From assembly GCF_051097895.1 (NCBI RefSeq), contig NZ_CP142525.1, forward strand, positions 90,001 through 122,000: a stretch of 32,000 bases of DNA, written 5' to 3'. Below are positions 25,762-32,000 of the stretch, in pieces. The notes beneath the pieces were generated by a model. That model saw only the letters and a program-made list of their open reading frames with translations. It did not search any database and was not told where the DNA came from. The position numbers and the translations under genes are program-made. Position 1 is the stretch's first letter, and each line of letters begins with the position of its first letter. This stretch comes from Psychrobacter sp. HD31 (GTDB lineage Bacteria > Pseudomonadota > Gammaproteobacteria > Pseudomonadales > Moraxellaceae).

Positions 25762-26562
25762 TTACGCTGTTATATTTTCATCTCTTCTAAATGTCCAAGT
25801 TTTATCGTCCGACAGTTCTGGGCAATAGTAATAACCTGCAAGATTAAAGTCTTTTAGTTGCTCGGCACTCGTCAGCTGGTTGTCCGCGGCATATTTAACC
25901 ATCAATCCACGTGCTTTTTTTGCATAAAAACTAATGACTTTAAATTTGCCATTTTTTTCGTCCTCAAACCTTGGGGTAATCACTTTAGCATTGAGTGTTT
26001 TTTTATCAACCGATTTAAAATATTCATTAGAAGCAAGATTAATCAATACATTGTCAGTAGTTGGGATGCGTTTATTGATTAATTCAGCAATTTGCTTATC
26101 CCAAAAGTTATATAAATTATCGCCTTTATTGTTGGCAAGTTTGGTACCCATCTCTAAACGGTAAGGTAAAATCAAGTCTAGTGGCTTTAACAAACCATAA
26201 AGACCAGACAAAATACCCACATGAGTGTTTAAGTATTCAACTGTTTGCTTTTTCATGTCATAAACATCTAGTCCTGTATAAACATCACCATCAAAAAGGT
26301 AAACAGCAGGTTTTGCTGTATCGATTGTAAAAGGGACGGTTTTGCTCCAACACCAAGCTTGATTTCGCTCACTATTTAGTTGGGCAATTTTGTCTGATAT
26401 TTTCATCAGCTGCATTAAGTCAATTGGGTCTTTTTGTTTTAATGTTTTCATTAATTCACAAGCGGCTTCAATTAAGGCAGGTTGGCTATATTGATCGGCT
26501 ACGTTGATTGGCACATTGTCTTTTTCATTTAAACTTTTTGCTGGTGATAATAAAAAATACAT
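25762..26562 (-). CDS. yaaA: Peroxide stress protein YaaA (UPF0246/DUF328)
   Basis: The N-terminus MYFLLSPAKSLNEKD matches the YaaA signature (M.i..SPAK.l). The 266-aa length also fits. Confidence 0.85.
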   Translation of the reverse strand: MYFLLSPAKSLNEKDNVPINVADQYSQPALIEAACELMKTLKQKDPIDLMQLMKISDKIAQLNSERNQAWCWSKTVPFTIDTAKPAVYLFDGDVYTGLDVYDMKKQTVEYLNTHVGILSGLYGLLKPLDLILPYRLEMGTKLANNKGDNLYNFWDKQIAELINKRIPTTDNVLINLASNEYFKSVDKKTLNAKVITPRFEDEKNGKFKVISFYAKKARGLMVKYAADNQLTSAEQLKDFNLAGYYYCPELSDDKTWTFRRDENITA

Positions 26563-26974
26563 AACAAATCCTAAGTAAAATTAAATATGAAGGGCATAAA
26601 AATAATCAGTAGATAATTATTTTATATGAAAACAAAAGCAGAATACAAAGCTATCTATCATTATCGGGGATAAAACATAGTAAAATAGTGCGATTTAAGC
26701 TTTAAAACTCAATATCATCGAGTTTTTTATTGAGTTATTAATAGATAAAGTATAAACTTTTTTTTGCTTTTTAGCGGATAGTGCTTACATTTAATAAAAA
26801 AATATACTAACCAGTCACAATTTTTAAATGCAACTAATGACTGTGATTACCTATAATTCATTTTAATTATGTTTTTTATTTTAGCATTTATTTTTTTTAT
26901 ATATAAAATCAGTTATATAGATTCAATTATATTAATTCTTGGATTATTACTAAGAACAAAAGGTAGGAGAGGAT

Positions 26975-28105
26975 ATGAAAGTTGGTGTTGTAAAAACGCA
27001 CAGCGAGCATGAAAAACGGGTCGCTTTAACGCCAGACGCTTGTAAAAAGTTGATAAAAGCAGGGCATGAAGTTATTGCTGAGTCAGGTGTTGGTTTAACT
27101 GCTTATTATAATGATGAGCTATATAAACAAGCCGGGGCAAGCATTGCAACAGATGATACCCAAGTTTTGCAGACTGCAGATATGATTATGGTGGTAGAGG
27201 ATTTATTACCTGAGCAAGTAAGCAAGTTAAAGCAAAACAGTATGGTAATTGGTGCATTAGACCCGTATAGAAATGAACAATTAGATAGCTATGCACAACA
27301 AGGCGTAACTGCTTTTGCAATGGAGCTTTTGCCACGTACTTTGTCAAGAGCGCAAAATATGGATGTTTTATCATCGCAAGCAAACTTGGCAGGCTATAAA
27401 GCAGTATTAATGGCGGCAAATGCTTATTCACGCCCGTTTCCAATGTTTATGACTTCTGCCGGTACAGTAAAGCCAGCCAAAGTAGTAATCTTGGGCGTTG
27501 GGGTTGCTGGTTTGCAGGCGATTGCAACTGCAAAACGTTTAGGCGCGGTTGTTGAAGCAAGTGATTTACGACCTTCTGTAAAAGAGCAGGTTGAATCGGT
27601 TGGTGGTAAATGGCTTGACGTACCAATGAGCGATGAAGAAAAAGAAAAAGCAAAATCAACAGGTGGCTATGCTTGGAGACCATCTGAGCAATACATTAAA
27701 GATCAAGCACAAGTGGTAGATAAAGCTGTCAGTGCCGCAGATATTGTGATTACAACTGCTCAAATACCGGGCAGACAAGCACCTCGCCTTATTCATAAAT
27801 CAACATTAGATAAAATGAAGGCAGGTTCTGTTTTAGTAGATATGGCTGCATCAACGGGTGGTAATGTTGAAGGTTGTGAATCAGGTAAAACCGTTGTAAC
27901 TGATAATGGCGTGCGTATTGTTGGTGCATCTAACATACCATCAGAGCTAGCAGCACAGTCATCAGACTTATATGCAAATAACTTAGTGAATTTTGCGACG
28001 ACCTTGTTTGATGAGTCTGGTAACTTAGCTATCGACTTAACTGATGAAATTCAGGGTGCTTTAGCCGTGACCCATAACGGTCAAGTATTGCTAAAAAAAG
28101 ATTAA
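26975..28105 (+). CDS. pntAA: NAD(P) transhydrogenase subunit alpha part 1 (dI domain)
   Basis: It has AlaDH/PNT-type domains and the Rossmann motif VVILGVGVAGLQAIATAKRLGA. The RBS is GGTAGGAGAGG. The two other pnt genes follow. Confidence 0.9.
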   Translation: MKVGVVKTHSEHEKRVALTPDACKKLIKAGHEVIAESGVGLTAYYNDELYKQAGASIATDDTQVLQTADMIMVVEDLLPEQVSKLKQNSMVIGALDPYRNEQLDSYAQQGVTAFAMELLPRTLSRAQNMDVLSSQANLAGYKAVLMAANAYSRPFPMFMTSAGTVKPAKVVILGVGVAGLQAIATAKRLGAVVEASDLRPSVKEQVESVGGKWLDVPMSDEEKEKAKSTGGYAWRPSEQYIKDQAQVVDKAVSAADIVITTAQIPGRQAPRLIHKSTLDKMKAGSVLVDMAASTGGNVEGCESGKTVVTDNGVRIVGASNIPSELAAQSSDLYANNLVNFATTLFDESGNLAIDLTDEIQGALAVTHNGQVLLKKD

Positions 28106-28120
28106 TGTGAGGAGAGTTTT

Positions 28121-28489
28121 ATGATGGCAACTATTTTAGCTGCTGCTGGATCTGGGCTAGGTTCTACCCCTTTTGTGGCAATTTTTACCATTTTTATATT
28201 AGCTATTTTTGTTGGCTATTATGTTGTTTGGGGTGTAACCCCTGCGTTACACACCCCTTTAATGGCGGTAACTAATGCGTTATCGAGTATTGTTATTGTG
28301 GGTGCCATGTTGCAAACCGTGACGATTGATGGCAATGCCATCACTGCCACAAGTTTGTTAGGTGCTTTTGCTGTATTTTTGGCAAGTATTAATATTTTTG
28401 GTGGTTTTGCGGTAACAGAGCGTATGCTTTCTATGTTTAAGCCAAAAGAAAAAGCAAAACCAGCAAAAGATTCAGGAGGTGATGCATGA
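28121..28489 (+). CDS. pntAB: NAD(P) transhydrogenase subunit alpha part 2 (membrane dII-alpha)
   Basis: A small membrane protein of about 120 aa with several predicted hydrophobic helices, sitting between pntAA and pntB. The RBS is GAGGAGAG. Its stop overlaps the pntB start. Confidence 0.85.
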   Translation: MMATILAAAGSGLGSTPFVAIFTIFILAIFVGYYVVWGVTPALHTPLMAVTNALSSIVIVGAMLQTVTIDGNAITATSLLGAFAVFLASINIFGGFAVTERMLSMFKPKEKAKPAKDSGGDA

Positions 28490-29886
28490 ATATTATCCCT
28501 CAATTTATTGCACAAAATGCAGATTGGTTTTACTTAATTGGTGCAGTACTGTTTGTTTTAACACTGCGTGGGCTATCTAGCCCAAAAACGGCTGTTAAAG
28601 GTAACCGTTTTGGTATGGCAGCGATGACAATTGCTGTGATTACCACCTTCTTTTTAGCCGAAGGTCCTGTACTGTGGCTAATTATTGGTGCGATGGTGCT
28701 AGGTGCACTTGTTGGTATGTGGAAAGCCAAAACCGTTGCAATGACGCAAATGCCAGAAACCGTTGCTTTAATGCACTCGTTTGTTGGTTTAGCTGCTGTT
28801 GCCATCGCCGTTGCTGCGGTATTGCATACTGGAGAAGCGCATTCAACTATTGCCAGACTTGAATTATTCATTGGTTGCTTTATTGGTGCTATTACGTTTT
28901 CTGCCTCTGTGTTTGCTTTTGGTAAACTGGGTGGTAAAAAATGGGCTAAAACCATTGGTGGCGGATGGGTAAAACCACTACAAGCGCTATTATTTATCGC
29001 CATGATTGGTTTTGGTGTCTTGTATTTTGTAACTGACGACTTAAATGCGTTTTATGCAATGACAGCATTGGCTGTTGTATTTGGCTGGATGTGGATTGCC
29101 CCAATTGGTGGTGGTGATATGCCAGTAGTGGTTTCTTTGCTTAACTCATTTTCTGGTTGGGCAGCAGCCGGCATTGGTTTTACTTTAGGCAACTCAATGC
29201 TTATTATTGCAGGTTCTTTAGTTGGTTCATCAGGTGCTATTTTGTCTTACATTATGTGTAACGCCATGAACCGTTCACTATTAAACGTATTGTTTGGTGG
29301 TATGGGCACTGGTGGCGAAGCCGCTGCCGCAGATGATGGGGTTGCTAAAACCTATAAATCTGGTTCTGCCGAAGATGCTGGCTTCTTAATGTCAAATGCA
29401 AGCGATGTCATTATTGTACCAGGTTATGGTATGGCACAAGGGCGCGCGCAAAATGCCGTGAAAGAATTATATGACCTATTGAAAGAACAAGGCGTGAATG
29501 TACGTTTTGCAATTCACCCAGTTGCTGGTCGTATGCCAGGACACATGAACGTACTACTTGCAGAAGCTGACGTGCCATATGATGATATTCTTGAAATGGA
29601 TGAAATTAACTCAGACTTCCCAAGTACAGACGTTGTTTTAGTCATTGGTGCAAACGATGTAGTGAACCCATCTGCTAAAGATGATCCTAACTCTCCAATT
29701 TTTGGTATGCCAATTTTAGAAGCTGCTAAAGCACAAACAGTTATGGTTATTAAGCGTTCTATGAATACGGGTTATGCTGGTTTGGATAACAGCCTATTCT
29801 ATATGGATAAAACCATGATGATTTTTGGCGATGCTAAGAAAATGGTTGAAGAAATGGTTCGTAGCATTAACGGAACAGGTCATTAA
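28486..29886 (+). CDS. pntB: NAD(P) transhydrogenase subunit beta
   Basis: It has an N-terminal polytopic membrane region and a C-terminal dIII NADP(H)-binding domain (VIIVPGYGMAQGRAQ...HPVAGRMPGHMNVLLAEA...GANDVVNP). An ATGA overlap with pntAB lies at 28486-28489, with AGGAGG upstream. Confidence 0.93.
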   Translation: MNIIPQFIAQNADWFYLIGAVLFVLTLRGLSSPKTAVKGNRFGMAAMTIAVITTFFLAEGPVLWLIIGAMVLGALVGMWKAKTVAMTQMPETVALMHSFVGLAAVAIAVAAVLHTGEAHSTIARLELFIGCFIGAITFSASVFAFGKLGGKKWAKTIGGGWVKPLQALLFIAMIGFGVLYFVTDDLNAFYAMTALAVVFGWMWIAPIGGGDMPVVVSLLNSFSGWAAAGIGFTLGNSMLIIAGSLVGSSGAILSYIMCNAMNRSLLNVLFGGMGTGGEAAAADDGVAKTYKSGSAEDAGFLMSNASDVIIVPGYGMAQGRAQNAVKELYDLLKEQGVNVRFAIHPVAGRMPGHMNVLLAEADVPYDDILEMDEINSDFPSTDVVLVIGANDVVNPSAKDDPNSPIFGMPILEAAKAQTVMVIKRSMNTGYAGLDNSLFYMDKTMMIFGDAKKMVEEMVRSINGTGH

Positions 29887-29904
29887 ACTTTAGTTTAATC
29901 AAAA

Positions 29905-29932
29905 TAAAAAAGTCACATAAGTGGCTTTTTTA
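29905..29932 (+). terminator. Rho-independent terminator of the pnt operon
   Basis: AAAAAAGTCAC / ATAA loop / GTGGCTTTTTT. Confidence 0.75.
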
Positions 29933-29975
29933 TTGCTTTAATAACCCAAAAGGGCAATAGTTAAGGATAACAATT

Positions 29976-30503
29976 ATGAATATGTTAACTCGATTTTTTT
30001 TCATGAAACTTTTGTTAATACGAGAGCTTAGCATGCAAAAAGAGTCACAAAAGCAGCTTTTATCTCAAACAATTAAGCAAAGCTATCGTATATTACCGCA
30101 TGATATGGGCTGGCGTTTGCACTTACCAAATTATAGATATTTATCTTTTATTGAACTCAACATTAGCAAGTTTTTATTAAAAGTTAGTAAAACCTTTGGC
30201 TGTAAAATACACTCGTTAGTTGCCATGCAAGAAATCGTGTATCTTAAAGAAGTTAAGTTTTTAGATCAATTGAGTGTAGAAACAAAAATTGAAGGTTGGG
30301 ACAACAAGTATATTTATTTTCAGCATACTTTTAAAGTTAAGCAGCAAGTTGTATCGATAGGGTTAACTAAAGTGCTGCTAGTGGCAAACAAACAAAAATG
30401 CTTACCAGCAGATATTGGATTGGATGATACCCACATCACACAAGTTGTTGAAACTTGGCAAAACAACCAAACGGCAATAAAAAACCAACCGTCATCAAGC
30501 TAA
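29976..30503 (+). CDS. Hot-dog fold thioesterase-like protein (4HBT_2-like)
   Basis: YRILPHDMGWRLHLPNYRYLSFIELNISKFL resembles the thioesterase motif (v.p.D.D..ghvnN..Yl.y.e..R). A later motif is EGWDNKYIYFQHTF. The RBS AAGGA is 8 nt upstream. Assignment is from memory. Confidence 0.5.
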   Translation: MNMLTRFFFMKLLLIRELSMQKESQKQLLSQTIKQSYRILPHDMGWRLHLPNYRYLSFIELNISKFLLKVSKTFGCKIHSLVAMQEIVYLKEVKFLDQLSVETKIEGWDNKYIYFQHTFKVKQQVVSIGLTKVLLVANKQKCLPADIGLDDTHITQVVETWQNNQTAIKNQPSSS

Positions 30504-31391
30504 CTAAACATGTGTTTTATGTACTTGGTCATTTAATTTTGTGAGTGTATGACTGAGTATAACCCCCAATAAAATTAAGTTCCAAGATATGTGAATCCAA
30601 ATTAATAAAATGGGTAATGCGGCAAAGGCACCATAAATTGTGGAGTAGTTAGTTGAGTGGCTCATGATAATTGCAAATAAAAACTTGGTTGCTTCAAACA
30701 ATAAAGAAATGATGACCCCAGAGATAAAGGCGGATTTAATAGGCACGTTTACTTTGGGTATGAACCAATACATGGCAGTAAAGCCGATGGCAGTAATCGA
30801 GTAAGAAATCACCTTTGCCCATATCGCCCAGTTAATAGCATAACCATAAATTTGTTGATTTAAAAAGCTAAGACCTTGTATAAATGCCGACGCTACAAAG
30901 GCAATCCCTAATACCAAAGGCACTATCGCAATAATCGTAAGATGACGAAATAAGCTATATACAAGTGCTTTAAATAATGATTTCGATTGATCGCGTTTAA
31001 AAATATCTATGTCCCAAATATGGTTAAACGCCACCTCAACTTTTATCAACGTAATGACGGTTGTAACAAATAACATGATGATACCAACTGCGGTTAAATT
31101 AAAAGACTGTTCTGTAAATTTATTAATGTACTCTTTAAGTTGAACACTCGATTGTGGCATTAGGTTGCTATAAATTAGGCTATATATTTGCTCTCGAGTG
31201 GACTCTAACGCAGGTATCGTTGATAGCACAATCAGTAGCACGGTAAGTATTGGCACGATAGATAGGAGCGTTGTATAAGTGAGCGACGCAGCTATTTGTG
31301 ATGTGTTTTTGTTGAAAAAGTTTTTTAAAACAAGCACAAAAAAATGACTGGTTTTGTGTAACATGTTGGGTTTAACTTTTGTGTTTTTCAT
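30504..31391 (-). CDS. YihY/BrkB-family inner membrane protein
   Basis: AASLTYTTLLSIVPILTVLL is the characteristic family N-terminal motif, and about six hydrophobic helices follow. The start is uncertain because the RBS is weak. Confidence 0.75.
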   Translation of the reverse strand: MKNTKVKPNMLHKTSHFFVLVLKNFFNKNTSQIAASLTYTTLLSIVPILTVLLIVLSTIPALESTREQIYSLIYSNLMPQSSVQLKEYINKFTEQSFNLTAVGIIMLFVTTVITLIKVEVAFNHIWDIDIFKRDQSKSLFKALVYSLFRHLTIIAIVPLVLGIAFVASAFIQGLSFLNQQIYGYAINWAIWAKVISYSITAIGFTAMYWFIPKVNVPIKSAFISGVIISLLFEATKFLFAIIMSHSTNYSTIYGAFAALPILLIWIHISWNLILLGVILSHTLTKLNDQVHKTHV

Positions 31392-31465
31392 ATGATACTT
31401 ATATTAAGGTATTTTTGTGATGGCTTTATTTTACCAAAAAAACGCGTGTAAAAAGCCTGTAAACT

Positions 31466-31494
31466 TTGCATGTTTTTTTATGACTAGGCATAAT
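31466..31494 (+). promoter_or_regulatory. Candidate sigma-70 promoter for the wrbA-like gene
   Basis: TTGCAT (31466-31471), a 17-nt spacer, then CATAAT (31489-31494). It overlaps a near-palindrome at 31478-31493. Confidence 0.35.
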
Positions 31495-31568
31495 AGAGTT
31501 ACTTTATAAATTGCCTACATTTTTTGTTAATATTTTAAAAACACACATATTCCAAATAGGGAGTAAAT

Positions 31569-32000
31569 ATGGCAGAGCCTTACATTTTGGTGCTATATCA
31601 ATCAAATTATGGCACAACAAAACAACTTGCATATCAAATTGCTCAAGGGGTTACTCAAACGGGTATGGCGGTAAAAATCCGCACAGTACCAAGTGTGGCA
31701 GCTGAAACCACAGAAATTAAGCCAGCCATTCCTGAAGAAGGCGACTTGTATTGCAGTGCTGATGACTTAAAGGATTGTGTTGGATTGGCAATGGGTAGCC
31801 CAACTTATTTTGGTAATATGTCTGCCTCATTAAAATATTTTTTGGATAATACCGTAACAGTATGGATGGCAGGTAATTTACAAAATAAACCTGCCTGTGT
31901 GTTTACTAGCACAGGTTCTATGCACGGTGGGCAAGAAACCACGTTAATGAGTATGATGTTGCCGCTGTTGCATCATGGCATGATGATGATTGGTTTACCG
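31569..32000 (+). CDS. wrbA: WrbA-type NAD(P)H:quinone oxidoreductase (flavodoxin-like), 3' end outside the window
   Basis: This gene is not in the ORF track because it runs off the window. My translation from ATG 31569 (GGGAG RBS) is MAEPYILVLYQSNYGTTKQLAYQIAQGV...GSPTYFGNMSASLKYFLDNT...KPACVFTSTGSMHGGQETTLMSMMLPLLHHGMMMIGLP. It is open to position 32000 and collinear with E. coli WrbA motifs (GTPTRFGNMS, FSSTGTGGGQE, HHGM). Confidence 0.8.
   Translation, partial: MAEPYILVLYQSNYGTTKQLAYQIAQGVTQTGMAVKIRTVPSVAAETTEIKPAIPEEGDLYCSADDLKDCVGLAMGSPTYFGNMSASLKYFLDNTVTVWMAGNLQNKPACVFTSTGSMHGGQETTLMSMMLPLLHHGMMMIGLP

Noticed and set aside
27186-29003. Antisense or alternative-frame ORFs inside pntAA, pntAB and pntB (85, 78, 98, 157 and 62 aa)
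   Set aside because: They overlap confidently identified transhydrogenase genes and lack RBSs. They are most simply chance open frames in those genes.
31511-31705. 64-aa ORF MPTFFVNILKTHIFQIGSKYGRALHFG...
   Set aside because: It overlaps, in another frame, the wrbA-like gene that starts at 31569. That gene has a good RBS and clear homology motifs. The 64-aa ORF starts in promoter DNA.

Overview
Window from an AT-rich Gram-negative chromosome, probably gammaproteobacterial. The GroES/GroEL sequences and the split pntAA/pntAB/pntB look Moraxellaceae-like, but the taxon is only a guess. Positions 1-14914 are the 3' ~15 kb of one giant, acidic, highly repetitive RTX/LapA-class type I-secreted adhesin gene whose 5' end lies upstream of the window. 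Its module order is: 106-aa Ig-like repeats (318-bp period); a nested mosaic of Calx-beta-like units (1245-bp and 459-bp periods); 14 tandem copies of a 411-bp Calx-beta unit that appear nucleotide-identical apart from two 3-nt deletions; one diverged Calx-beta unit; a VCBS repeat; an Ala-rich helical segment with a T1SS-143-like region; a VWA domain with a large insertion; four RTX nonapeptides; and a C-terminal secretion region. A 2-nt deletion at 519/520 inside one repeat breaks the frame (TGA at 520-522), so the ATG at 503 in the ORF track is an artefactual start. The other 17 kb is ordinary housekeeping: a MaoC-like dehydratase, a beta-lactamase-family serine hydrolase, a DUF3108-like exported protein, a TAXI-TRAP transporter (binding lipoprotein plus fused permease), groES-groEL behind a textbook sigma-32 promoter, an orphan ATP-grasp-like gene, yaaA, pntAA-pntAB-pntB, a hot-dog thioesterase-like gene, a YihY/BrkB-family membrane protein and a 5' partial wrbA-like gene. 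I found no tRNA, rRNA, CRISPR array, transposase or integrase. The only accessory or unusual biology I can support is the adhesin: its architecture, repeat dynamics, frameshift and inserted VWA module. I cannot identify a new multi-gene system from the sequence alone.
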